A stretch of 63,794 nucleotides of DNA, counting the filler, from Reticulomyxa filosa (Eukaryota > Protista > Foraminifera): NCBI GenBank assembly GCA_000512085.1. It is 17 parts of 17 records of this genome, joined end to end, with 100 filler letters (N's around TTAATTAATTAA, not from the genome) between each part and the next. Parts side by side here need not be neighbours in the genome. Positions count along the whole stretch, not along the records: positions 14,044 to 15,069 come from ASPP01007586.1; positions 15,170 to 16,342 come from ASPP01020986.1; positions 16,443 to 23,954 come from ASPP01006538.1; positions 24,055 to 26,686 come from ASPP01001669.1; 13 more parts are not named here. One strand, given 5' to 3'. The stretch's first letter is position 1; each line of letters starts with the position of its first letter. The notes beneath the pieces are model-generated. The model worked only from the letters and a program-made list of their open reading frames with translations, did not search any database and had not been told where the DNA came from. Positions 14,115 through 25,090 of the stretch are shown here, in pieces. Made by a program: the position numbers and the translations under genes.

Positions 14115-14354
14115 AATTGTTCCTGTCTGATTTATCTAATTAGTATGAAGTTGGAGCGAGCACACCCACCTTAAGCAAAGGTGCTGGCGGATAAAAGCAC
14201 GGCAGGACCAGCAGCACTATAGCGATACCAGTAGCACTTTCCGCTGTTATTTGGCCAGGAACCGCATTGCAACTATGGCCGACTACAGGTATCCAGTGGG
14301 GCTGAGTTGCTGTTTATGTCAGTGCCATCTAATGCAGCAGCCTAGCACAATGAC

Positions 14355-14380
14355 AACAGCCACCCAAGTGAGTGGCTGTT
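14355..14380 (-). terminator. Probable intrinsic terminator hairpin downstream of the HlyC/CorC gene
   Basis: Inverted repeat AACAGCCAC-N8-GTGGCTGTT about 30 nt after the stop codon at 14413; the U-tract is weak. Confidence 0.55.
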
Positions 14381-14412
14381 ATTGGCAGAAAGCCTGCGAC
14401 TAATGGCTGAGA

Positions 14413-15069
14413 TCAGTCCGCTAGCGCAGTGACATCGTCATTTTCAGCAGGGCTGACTTGTTTGATAGCCAGAACTTTGTCAATTCGTTTGCCATCCATG
14501 TCGACGATTTCCAGCAACCAGTCTTCCAGCTCGATTTTATCGGCGGTTTGCGGGATTTTACCCAACAACATCATGATCAGACCATTTAAGGTCTGATAAC
14601 GTTTGCTGTCTTCTTCCGGCAAGCGGTGGATATGTAAGCAGTCTTTCAGATCGATAATTGGCAATAAACCATCCAGCAGGAACGAGCCGTCATCGCGTTC
14701 GACGATCATCATATCCTGCTCCAGCGTATCGGCCTCTTTAAACTCGCCGGTTAATGCTTCCATCAGATCTTGCAAAGTAACCAGACCTTTTAAGTCGCCA
14801 TATTCGTCCACCACAAATACCATCTGGCTGCCGGTGGTGCGGAAATGCTCCAGCAGTTCCATGCCGGTCAGGCTGTCAGGCACAAAATTACAAGGCTGCG
14901 CTAACGCTTGCAGATCATTGAGCGTACCGGCGACTGACTGCGCCAATAACTGCTTGGCACTGATCACCCCCAGCAGCTCATCAGCATGGCCTTTACAGAC
15001 CGGAAAACGCGAATGCGGCGATTGCATCACCCGTTGCATATTCTCCGCCAGGCTTAATTCAACATCGAG
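14413..15069 (-). CDS. Bacterial HlyC/CorC (CNNM-type) transporter: CBS pair plus CorC_HlyC domain, 5'-truncated
   Basis: HSRFPVC, VVDEYGDLKGLVTLQDLMEALTGE, DGSFLLDG, YQTLNGL..LLGKIP, EIVDMDGKRIDKVL. Intronless, about 50% GC, unlike the flanking contigs. Confidence 0.93.
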   Translation of the reverse strand, partial: LDVELSLAENMQRVMQSPHSRFPVCKGHADELLGVISAKQLLAQSVAGTLNDLQALAQPCNFVPDSLTGMELLEHFRTTGSQMVFVVDEYGDLKGLVTLQDLMEALTGEFKEADTLEQDMMIVERDDGSFLLDGLLPIIDLKDCLHIHRLPEEDSKRYQTLNGLIMMLLGKIPQTADKIELEDWLLEIVDMDGKRIDKVLAIKQVSPAENDDVTALAD

Positions 15070-15254
15070 NNNNNNNNNNNNNNNNNNNNNNNNNNNNNNN
15101 NNNNNNNNNNNNNTTAATTAATTAANNNNNNNNNNNNNNNNNNNNNNNNNNNNNNNNNNNNNNNNNNNNATTCCGGGTTTTTAAAAACCCGGAATTCAAA
15201 CCCTTTCGGTTCCAACGGAAGGAACAGAAGCATAATACCTTACTTTTCGTCTGC

Positions 15255-16310
15255 TTGTTTATTTGTTTGTTGGAACTAGCAAGCCTACATGTATGTGATG
15301 TCTACATTGCAAATCGATCGAGGGTGGGGAGCTTTACTGTGCCCTCACGCAAGATCGCCGATGAGTTTTTGCAAAAGTGTGCCGACGGGAAGATCCTCTG
15401 CGACAGTCGGCCCGTCTTCGCCGATCTCGTTGCTAACAAGTCTAAGGAGCGTTTGTGTCGTGTTCGTGTTAAGAATTTGAACTGCACCTTTGGCAAGAAA
15501 GAATTCCATGAGTGGTTGTCACAACAACTAGGTAACGAGGATGGTTGTTTTTCACTTTGAATTTTTTTTTTTTTTTTGTTTGTTTGTAAATTCAAACGAA
15601 CACTGGTGTATCACACTTGCAAAAAAAAAAAAAGAAAAAGGAAACGCGATATGTTCTCTGATATTGATATGCAGTTTGTGATGAATGGTCAAAAGACAGT
15701 GCGTCATGGATTGATGCTGTTCCAAACAAAAGCAGATGCCAATTTGGTGGTCAAAACATTGAATGACAAACCCTTTCGTAATATCGCTTTGAAATTTCGG
15801 CATTGGCAATCTCCTGTGAGAGTTCATATCCTTTTTCTTTGCCTATCTTTTTTAGTGTGGCATATCTGTATATGTATATACATATATATATATATTGTTA
15901 ATAATAACAAATAATAAAATGTGAAAGCACAATGCAAATGAGGAAGAAAGACCCCCACCGAGACAAGTGGTAAGCGTTGGACATGACAATAGAAACACAC
16001 ACGAGATCTCTCCAAATGAAGCCAACAGAAGAAAAGATGCCACGCACGACTCTGCGGCAGAAAAGACAGACATAGTGCAGCAGAGCAAGCAAATGTGGTC
16101 TCGCTTTGTCACTATGACAAAACAACAGCAGCAAAAGCAACATCAACAACAGCAACATCAACAACAACAACAACATAAACAAAAGCAGCAACCAATTCCC
16201 ATTGCAACAGAGAATTCATTTGCAGATCACTCTCATGATCCATATTTTTACGAGAGACAATCATTTCAAGGGACTGACAAAACCTTGTCTTCAGGAGGTA
16301 ACTTTTTTTT
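15255..16310 (+). CDS. RRM-containing RNA-binding protein fragment with Q/H-rich low-complexity tract (multi-exon, partial)
   Basis: RNP2-like RVRVKNLNCTF, RNP1-like RHGLMLFQTKADANLVVKTLNDKPF, and a poly-Q tract at ~16120-16190. Confidence 0.5.
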
Positions 16311-17118
16311 TTTTAATGAGTGATACTACTCTCTCTCTCTCTNNNNNNNNNNNNNNNNNNNNNNNNNNNNNNNNNNNNNNNNNNNNTTAATTAATTAANN
16401 NNNNNNNNNNNNNNNNNNNNNNNNNNNNNNNNNNNNNNNNNNAAAAAAAACATCTCATTGGCCAACTATGTTCACATCTGAGGACTTATTTAATTTAAAG
16501 AAGATGAAAAAACAAAAAATTATGTTTCTGGTGTTAACACAAGCAGTAATTTTTGAAACAATGACAGCTTAGAAAAATGCATTTTATATGCATGTTCGAA
16601 GAGCATTTAAGTTAAATGTGAACCGTCAGAAAACTGACGTAGTACTCACAAAAGAGAAAGCAAAACAAGCTTTAACTGTTACAATTATACAATAAGGACA
16701 AGCGTTTTCAAAAAGTATGTATTACAATTACAACTAAAAAATTACAATTTTTTAAACGACGTTATTGTTATACACTTTTTCTTTATGAAATTCATCTCAC
16801 TTCACATCCTAGGATCCATTATGAAAGGATCTATTTTGTGGATCTTTCCTCAATGCAATGCCATCAAGTAAAATGTGTTTGAGATATTACTATTTTTTAT
16901 TTTTCGTGAAAATGTAAAAGCTAGAAAACAATACATACGTACACAATGCACGTTGATTGATCCACTCGTTTTTGTTTTCAGTTGTCAAACAAATAATAAA
17001 TCGTTGTATTATACTTTCGTCAAATAAATTAATTCATAGTTATTAACAAAATGTAATAAAAACTAATCTTGTTCTTTTGTTGAACACGAACCAAACTTCC
17101 AAAAACTGAGCTTAAAAG

Positions 17119-18075
17119 ATGAGAAGGGATAAGTTCAGCATCTGTGATCCAATAGGTAAAAGATCTCTAGTTGCAAATAAAGAAAATCAAATGACAGCGG
17201 TAGATGATATGCTAAAATTTGATTCCATACCTCTCTCTCGAACCGTTTCAATAACAGACCTGCAAAGACGCCTTTTCTGCGCACTGGGAGGGAACAGTGT
17301 GGGTCATGGCACAGAAGGAAAAACAAAATTGGAAGAAAAAAAAGAAGAGGAAAAGTTGATCAACGTGCCAATAGGTGAAAAGATAATGCATGACTTTGTA
17401 ATTAAAGACCCAAATGTATTTACCCGAAGAAATGAAGTGAGATTTGTGTATCATCACAATGAGATGGTGTTTTTTATTGGGCCGCAAATTCACCAAAAAA
17501 ATGAGACATTAATGCACTATATGAACACGTACCATCAAACATTGGAGTTTCACCCAGGAGTGATGCATGAGAGATACGGTTGGCAGCCCGACTTTTCACA
17601 ACGTGTAAAAATGGATTTGACTGCACGTTTGTTGGGATTTGTGGTGTCTCACAACACCATCGAAGACATCGATAACGATAATAACAATGACAGCAATAAG
17701 GAGAAGAAGAAAAATAATAATGACAGTAATAATCTTCATCACAATGGAGCCATTGAAATAACGACAGTGAAAGCACAAATTACTTTGTTTCAATGTCGTG
17801 AAAAAAATAATGGCAATGAGATTTTGTTCAAAGGGCATTCACCTGACAGTGACAGACATTCCAAGACTGAAAGGAAGGAGATTGCATTGGTTGTTTTTCC
17901 TCTCTTTCAACGACAGCACTTGGCCACTGATATGGTTCGCGTCACATGGAATCTTTTTAAATTCAGTGACAACGAAGAGTGGATCTATGTCATGAACAGC
18001 GACAAATCTGCCATGTTTTGGAGATCCTTGAAACAGTGGTATCCTGATATTAACTTCAAATTAGTTCGTTATTAA
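17119..18075 (+). CDS. Hypothetical protein, 318 aa, single exon
   Basis: Long ATG-initiated ORF in AT-rich DNA with an N/D-rich insert; no family recognised. Confidence 0.6.
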   Translation: MRRDKFSICDPIGKRSLVANKENQMTAVDDMLKFDSIPLSRTVSITDLQRRLFCALGGNSVGHGTEGKTKLEEKKEEEKLINVPIGEKIMHDFVIKDPNVFTRRNEVRFVYHHNEMVFFIGPQIHQKNETLMHYMNTYHQTLEFHPGVMHERYGWQPDFSQRVKMDLTARLLGFVVSHNTIEDIDNDNNNDSNKEKKKNNNDSNNLHHNGAIEITTVKAQITLFQCREKNNGNEILFKGHSPDSDRHSKTERKEIALVVFPLFQRQHLATDMVRVTWNLFKFSDNEEWIYVMNSDKSAMFWRSLKQWYPDINFKLVRY

Positions 18076-18500
18076 TTTGTTTGTTTTTTTGTTTTGTCCT
18101 TGCTTTTGCAAATGCGCATTCGCTTGGTATGACTTCAATTTCGAAATTGTTTAAATTGTTTTTGTTTTTTCCAATATTGTTTTATTTATATCTCAATTGT
18201 TTTTTTTTACACTTTTTTAATTGTAGCCAATATACAGACAGGTATAATTTATTGTACGCTCGTTTGTTCAATTTCCAAAGTTTTTGCTGATTTTGTTTTG
18301 AAAAGTTATAGTAATAGTAGAGGGTATTTATTGGGAATATTGACAATCCACTGTCAATAACATTTCTCAGTTGTTTTGTTTTCAATTAACAAAGAGATTA
18401 TTTATTTACTATTTTTTGTATGCCTATAACTGCTGTTGAGATGAAACTAAATTCACGTTTAAAAAGGAGTCAAAAAAACAGGGAACGTGACAAAAAAAAA

Positions 18501-19743
18501 TCAAAAGACCCATAAAGCAATCTCATCAATTTTTTCAAAACCTACCCGTGTGTATGCTTTATTGCTGCCAGCAACTTTTTGATCTGCAAGGATGAAACAT
18601 TTACGTCCACTCTTTAATGCTTCGTCAGCCATATGCCAGACTAAATGAGTAGCGTAACCTTGGCAACGCTCTTTGGCAGGAGTAAAAACCTTACATCACA
18701 CAATCACATTGAAAGGAAGGACGCAGTATGTCAAACTGAAATTTTTAAAAAAAACTGAACGTAGCCAATACGAGCAATAGTTGAAGAATATCCACTAAAA
18801 AAAGCCATGCATACCATCTGATTATATTTGTCCACCCAAAAGAAACCTGGTCGTGATAAAATTCGTTTCAGTCCTGCTGCTGATGCATTGACACCAACCT
18901 CTCTACAAAATATTTGATACCATTGACTAACAATATCGCAGTGTTTTTCATTATTACTTTCGATTCTTGTGTATCTCCCTCCATTTTCTAATGATTTAAG
19001 TGTGGCATAGTCGTTCAACTTGTTTCTCAATAGATAGACATTGTTCTCAAGGATTTGTTTTGGAGTAACCATTTTTTTAAATTTGGTGGCCTCCATATCA
19101 TTTGGCATTTGACTCTCCAAATGAATGCATAATTCATCACACAATAACTTCACATCTCCATTGTAGCCACTAATATCTTTAAATTTATTTTATAAAATTC
19201 ATTACAAATTAGATAGGTGAAATAAACCAAATTTATGACGACAAAAGAAAAATAAAACACTTTACACACTGTTTTCTTGCACCTGGCATTTGTCTCAATG
19301 CAGGAGCAATCTTTTTGGCAAGCTGTTGGATACAGTCCTTTCGAAAGCCTTTGTCAATGTTAGATAAAAAGAGAGAGTTCGGGATTTGTAAGCACAACCC
19401 AAACTTTTCTTCACTCTTTGTATTCTCGAATGTATATACGCTTGTCTCTGGGCTTAATTCTGTTTGTTCAACTGTTGGAACTATCAGAGCTCCGTTTTGT
19501 CCATGGTTTGGAGAGAGAGCTCTTACCGCTTTTCTGATCTCTTCTGAGTTTGATATACAATTACACGTCACATCTGAGTGTCTCTTTTCGTCTACAAAAG
19601 TAATTATATTGCTGATTTCACGTAAAGAATTGAAAGTCATAAAGATCAGTGTATTTTTTATAAAGGGGTCAGCAACGTTGCACAAACTACTATAATTACC
19701 TTTTTTTCTTTTGAAGGCACTGTACGATAATATTCCTGATCAT
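18501..19743 (-). CDS. GNAT-family acetyltransferase (FR47/COG3393-like C-terminal domain), 2 introns
   Basis: Spliced C-terminus ARIGY|VFTPAKERCQGYATHLV...GRKCFILADQKVAGSNKAYTRVGFEKI carries acetyl-CoA motif A (R/QxxGxA) and motif B (NxxYxxxGF). The start needs a homopolymer correction near 19700. Confidence 0.8.
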
Positions 19744-20082
19744 GGAAAAAAATGAAAGCTTACAGATGAATATAAACAAATTACATCAAACTGTTAAATT
19801 ATTAAAAGCGTCAATAAATTTATTGAAAGTGAAAAATACTTAGCATTTACAATATGACGCTCACAAATTTAAGTAAAAGAAAAAATATGAATTGGCATTA
19901 TTTTTGAAAATATACTTAATGACCATGTGCCGAGAATAGACTCAGTTAAATGTTGCTTCATACAGTAAAAGTTTTTGAAGAAAAGAAATTTCTTGCAAAA
20001 TCAAAGCCAATGTAAGTTTTCCATTAATCTTAGCCACTATTTTTGGTGCACTTATTAAACTCTTTTGTTACCAGAACAAATT

Positions 20083-20427
20083 TTATTTTTTGCTGGTTTC
20101 TTTTGAGTTTTGCTCTGCAGCTTTTTTCTCTTCATTCGCTTTTCTTTTTTCATCCATGATTTGTTTAACTTTTTCTCGTCTTTCTTCGTATGTCAAGCCA
20201 TCATCCGGTTTTTTCTTTTGCTTCCCTTTTTCGAGCCCTGCTTTAATTTTAGATTCAATACTTTTTCGGGCACGTGCCTTGATCGAGCTTAAGGACTTAT
20301 GATATTTTGAGAGGTAGAAGTGTGGGGGTAGTCTGTGCCATTGCCTTGTCATTGCCAGACCATTGATGAATGGAGATACACGGACAATGTTCTGCCACAT
20401 CAAGACAAGTATTTGCAGAAATTGCAA
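20083..20427 (-). CDS. Small lysine/glutamate-rich hypothetical protein (start uncertain)
   Basis: Charged helical C-terminus TYEERREKVKQIMDEKRKANEEKK; no family recognised. Confidence 0.4.
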   Translation of the reverse strand: MQFLQILVLMWQNIVRVSPFINGLAMTRQWHRLPPHFYLSKYHKSLSSIKARARKSIESKIKAGLEKGKQKKKPDDGLTYEERREKVKQIMDEKRKANEEKKAAEQNSKETSKK

Positions 20428-20934
20428 GAGCTGGCCAAAACTGCAGCAAGCCGAACAATTTTTTTTTTATTAAGACGTTACGACCCCCAAACTTTGACCG
20501 AAAGTTTAGTAAGTTGCAAAAAAAAGTTCTCTTTTTCTTGAAGATTGTTTCAATTTTGTGTTTGAGCCTTTGTGTTCCCATGTGATAAGAACAAACAACA
20601 TGTAGATTTGATATAAAAACTTTACAACAAATGAACTAAATTCTGTGAAAATAATTCAAAATGATAAATCAAATTGACTAAAAAATTTGGAAAAGCGACA
20701 GTGACAATAACAAAAAGAATTCCAAAAAGATTCGTTCACCTGGCAAGAGGGTCACAAAGTACATAATATTTTTTACTTGTTTGTACTTGTAATGTTTTTT
20801 TTATCGAAGTGGCTAAAATTTCATTCTTAAATGACTTGAGAGCGAACTGTTTTAATTTAAAAAAAAGAAGAAATATAGAATGAACTGAGAGTAAGATTCA
20901 AACAACTTTTACTGAATTTTTGTTTGCCGAATCT

Positions 20935-21573
20935 TCATTCAATGTCTAAAATTTCCTTATTTTTGTTCTGGCTGTCATCATCGTCATCGTCATCATTTTC
21001 ATTCTCATCTTCATTATTTTCTCCATCTTCGTCAGCACTCTCATTTTTGTTGGCATTGTCGTTTTCATTTTCATTATTGTCCTTGTCATCATTTCTCTGT
21101 TTTTTTTCTCCTTCGTATTTTTCGTTTTTCTCTTCGTTTGTGGCAAAGGTAGCATTACTCAATTCATCTTCTCTTAATAGCATATTTGGGATACCTTGTT
21201 TAATTGGGAATTGTCTTTTTGTTTCTGGACACTCTAAATAGCCTTCAAATACAACAATTTCAAACAACAAATGATGGCAAAGTTTCAAAAACTCATCGGT
21301 CAAAAGATCACTCGAGAAATTTCTCGGAATTTTATTCACCATGTCAATTGAAAAAGTTTCACTATTCTCATTTTTTGCTAACATTTCTTTGATATCTGTA
21401 ATTGCCGATGTGAACCCTGTCCAATTGATTAGTGGCAGTCGATGCTTAACAAAATCTTTGTTGAATGTTTGTGGAACTACTCGTAGCTCGCTGCATACAA
21501 TCTTCAAAGGATATCCTATACGAACACCTTTTTTATGGCGACTATGCAACATATTGTGTGTCAACAAACGCAT
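20935..21573 (-). CDS. TRM112: Trm112 methyltransferase activator with long acidic D/E/N tail
   Basis: MRLLTHNML...GYPLKI...HHLLFEIVVFEGYLECPETKRQFPIKQGIPNMLL. Confidence 0.93.
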   Translation of the reverse strand: MRLLTHNMLHSRHKKGVRIGYPLKIVCSELRVVPQTFNKDFVKHRLPLINWTGFTSAITDIKEMLAKNENSETFSIDMVNKIPRNFSSDLLTDEFLKLCHHLLFEIVVFEGYLECPETKRQFPIKQGIPNMLLREDELSNATFATNEEKNEKYEGEKKQRNDDKDNNENENDNANKNESADEDGENNEDENENDDDDDDDSQNKNKEILDIE

Positions 21574-21986
21574 CTTTTTACGTGGTTCTATCAAGCAATA
21601 ACAGATTTTTTGTAAAAAAAAAAACTTGATCACTTTTAACGACGAACAAACCAAAGAAAACAGCTTCGGTGTGTAATTTACATAACGCTTTTATTAAGCG
21701 GGTAACTGTTGGAATATTGTCAGTCAGGTGTATGAAAGAATCGAAAGTAGAAGAATGTTCAATATTAATTACCAACAAAAAGCTCGAATGATATATTTTC
21801 CTCACAAAATTAAAATTAATGAAATGAAAAGTATGAGATTTTTGTTATAAAAACAACAATTCGACACTTTTCTATCAATGCCAAGAACATTATAAAAAAA
21901 GAAAGGGAGTATTTATGGTTCAATGGCAAGCATAAAACAATACCGAGATAAGAGATGGTTTGAAGTAGGTGAATGGACAGCATGTG

Positions 21987-23257
21987 TCAAGCAGTGTCCA
22001 AAAACGAAGTAAAGTTAGTGATGGAGTCCTTAAGGAAAGAATAAGAATTGTGCACCCACGGAGATCCAAGGACAATATTGCATTTATGTTCTTGGCGTTT
22101 GGCACTGACAGTCAATGCCTCCTCGTATGTGGCTCCTCCTACGATGAAGATTATCAGATCTTTGGGACTACAAAAACACATACAAAGCAATAGGCTCTAT
22201 CCCTTGTTCTAATACAAATGAAAGATATTGTGTTATATACCTATACCTGCATATATGTACATATACATATATGTACACATATGTGAGTACAGTCAAAGAA
22301 CATACGGTTTATCCAAAGTAGCATCGGATAAATAGGGAAAATGTTCCACCTTCAATTGGTTTTTCATAATTTCATCAATGACACGACTTAATAAAGGCTT
22401 GTGTTGTGTGAACACACATTCAATATCAATAAACTGGAACTTGACAAGCGAGGTTAGTTTGCCAATGAGTTTGGTTTTTTCATCTTCAAACAATGGAGTA
22501 GAGCGCTGGTCCATACCAAAGTAATCTAAAATCGAGCTTAGCAGCTTGATACATCATATATAATATATACACATATATGTATACATATATATGTATATAT
22601 ATATGTATATGTACATATATGTATGTATATGTGTGTGTATAATGTACATAAACATCAAACACACTCCAAACTTCAATCTCTCTGCCTTCAAGCTGGCAAT
22701 GCTGACGCAACAAAGTTCTCAAGGTGGACAAGTGATCATCCAACTTATGTTGATATCGAAAGATAAAAATCAAAGTCAGTTTGAGTTTGTCAAAGTCATG
22801 GAAAGAAGAATCGCCGATGAACTGTTGCAATTGCTCAAAGTGTGCGTTGAATTTGTTTTGGCAGACAATGTCCTGTTCGAACATCGATAGCTCCATCAGC
22901 TTGCGTGTGCCGACGACTTCTTTGAGTTCTTGCACGAGAGACAAGTGTTTCGACACCGACCCCTGCTCTGCCAAAAACTCTGGGTAGTGTTCCACAAACT
23001 TCTGCATTTCCTCAATCGTCTTCAACTCGCGTACGTCTTTGCGCTTCGACGCGAATTGCAACACATAACGTTGTGTCATCTCTGCAAATTCACCGTAATT
23101 TTTCATTAGATTTTCTTCAAAGAACTTGTCATTGAAAGGATTCAATACTATTTCCTTAGTCATTCATACACAATTTTATTTGTTTTTTTTTTTTTTTTTG
23201 TCTCTTTCTTCCCCTTTTTTTTTTTTTTTGAAAAAAAAAAAAAGTTCAGAATTGAAT

Positions 23258-23294
<37 letters not shown>

Positions 23295-23910
23295 CTTCTC
23301 AATTAAACATCAATTGTTTCCTTGCCGAATTCGACCTTTTCTTCGTGTCTTTGTTTGGCCTTTGACGGCAGAGTCACTCTCGAGTTGGAAATGGTCAGCA
23401 GTTCGTGGACCATTGCTTGATATGTCCATTGCGTTAACAATGGCGTCACCGGGTCGTCTTTTCGGTCAAATATCAACAGCAGTGGCCTTTTCTCAGAGTC
23501 TTCCCAGCCAAATAAGTCAGTTTCATTTGTTATTACTTTCTTTTCGTATTTGTTATTTGTGATTGTATGTGTGTGTGTGTGTGTGTGTTGTGGTTTGAGC
23601 ATGTACGCATGTTGCGAGCATGCATGCATGCACATACATGCATGAATCAATAAATATATACATATACAACATAGATAATGTTTTCAAAACATTGATGTCA
23701 TTGGCGAGTTTGGCACCCAAAGGTGATTTTTTGGGAAAGCGAATGAGAGGATTTCGTTTGGCGGATAGCAAAAAAGCAATCAAGGCATCAACTTGTCTTT
23801 GCCATTTTTCAACGTCATCCGCAAGCCACTCTTTCTCATCTTCATACAAACTGAACCCTTCATTCAATTGCAAACTCCAAAGATCTTTGTTTATTGGATA
23901 GTAGTCTCCA
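21987..23910 (-). CDS. VPS45: Vps45 (Sec1/Munc18 family), multi-exon, 5'-truncated
   Basis: [30 protein letters not shown]; [11 protein letters not shown]; VFTQHKPLL; [13 protein letters not shown]. Confidence 0.94.
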
Positions 23911-23917
23911 AAAAATT

Positions 23918-23954
<37 letters not shown>

Positions 23955-24054
23955 NNNNNNNNNNNNNNNNNNNNNNNNNNNNNNNNNNNNNNNNNNNNTT
24001 AATTAATTAANNNNNNNNNNNNNNNNNNNNNNNNNNNNNNNNNNNNNNNNNNNN

Positions 24055-24417
24055 TTATCTGGATCAAATGATAAAAGTGTTTGTTTGTGGGATATTCGGT
24101 CTTGTCAACAAATTCAAGTATTCAATGGACATTCAAGTGATGTGACGTGTGTGGAATATTCACCATTTGTAATAAATAATAGTATTGGTAATTCAAATGT
24201 GATATGTTCTGGATCATTGGATAATACAATTTGTTTTTGGGATATTCGATCAAATAAGAATCAATTGGGTGTGATTGAAGGAGACAAAAAAGGAGATAAT
24301 GGGATATATTGCCTTAAATTCATTCTATTGAAAAAGAAAGATAAGGCAAATAATGTTACATATGATTTAAATTTGTGTTATTGTTCAGGCATAGGTCTCA
24401 TTCGTTTTTGGGGATAG
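24055..24417 (+). CDS. WD40-repeat protein, C-terminal fragment (expanded family)
   Basis: LSGSNDKSVCLWDIRS...FNGHSSDVTCVEYSP...ICSGSLDNTICFWDIR...LIRFWG*. Confidence 0.85.
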   Translation, partial: LSGSNDKSVCLWDIRSCQQIQVFNGHSSDVTCVEYSPFVINNSIGNSNVICSGSLDNTICFWDIRSNKNQLGVIEGDKKGDNGIYCLKFILLKKKDKANNVTYDLNLCYCSGIGLIRFWG

Positions 24418-24559
24418 TTTATTTTTTTTTTGTCGAATAAGAAATGAAAGTGTTTTTGTTTGAAAGTTTGTTTAAAAGAATATTAAGCATTTTTTGTTCA
24501 CCTTTCAAGCTTTTGAATCCTTCCAAATACTTCCTTTCATTGATAAAAATTTAATTGCA

Positions 24560-24830
24560 TACTTTCCAAATATAATCAACCACAATAGTCTCAGTTACAT
24601 CAACAATTTTACCATAATAACTACCACATAATTGAATTGTTTTATCATTAGAACATGACACTAGTTTTAAACCATCAGGAGACAAGTCGATGCAATTAAT
24701 ATAACATTATGTTTTTCTAACACTTGAATTTGTTTTCCTGAAGACACATACCATATTCGAATAGTTTTGTCTCTTGAATATGAAATAATTTTAAAGTCAT
24801 CCAATGAAAATTTTATATCTCGTTGAAGAT
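24560..24830 (-). pseudogene. Decayed WD40-repeat copy
   Basis: IKFSLDDFKIISYSRDKTIRIWYVSSGKQIQVLEKH, followed by frameshifted LVSCSNDKTIQL. Confidence 0.7.
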
Positions 24831-24899
24831 CGAAAATAAAAAAAACCATATCTTAAGAAAATGCATCGTCAAAAATGTTTAATATTTGCTATCAATTAT

Positions 24900-25090
24900 G
24901 TAAATTGGACAATTGAATGGAAGAAAGCAGTGTGGTCAGACGAAAGTAAGGTAAGTGTTTTTGACTCAAATGGCAGCAGTATCACTGGAGAAAACGTGGA
25001 GAACCAATTCAAGATCGTTATGTACTTCCAACAATAAAACATAGTTGAGTATTTTTCATGTTCTAGGGCTGTATGACTTGGTATGGAGTC
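24900..25090 (+). mobile_element. Tc1-like transposase relic (first catalytic D region)
   Basis: WKKAVWSDESKVSVFDSNG / HWRKRGEPIQDRYVLPTIKHS*VFFMF*GCMTWYGV matches Tc1 WSDESK...WRxxGE...PTVKHGGGSxMVWGC, with stops and a frameshift. Confidence 0.85.

Noticed and set aside
14413-15069. Horizontal transfer of a CorC/HlyC gene into the eukaryote
   Set aside because: The entire contig is bacterial in signals and composition, with no host flank or introns.
15170-15195. Perfect 26-bp palindrome ATTCCGGGTTTTTAAAAACCCGGAAT
   Set aside because: Sits at the extreme contig start in sequence with doubled and tripled bases typical of low-quality pyrosequencing ends; no second copy in the window.
22540-23660. 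(TA)n, (TG)n, (CA)n and poly-T tracts and the ORF-track peptides they generate
   Set aside because: Intronic microsatellites in Vps45 (similar ones in Hrq1, kinase and DnaJ introns); the ORFs are spurious.
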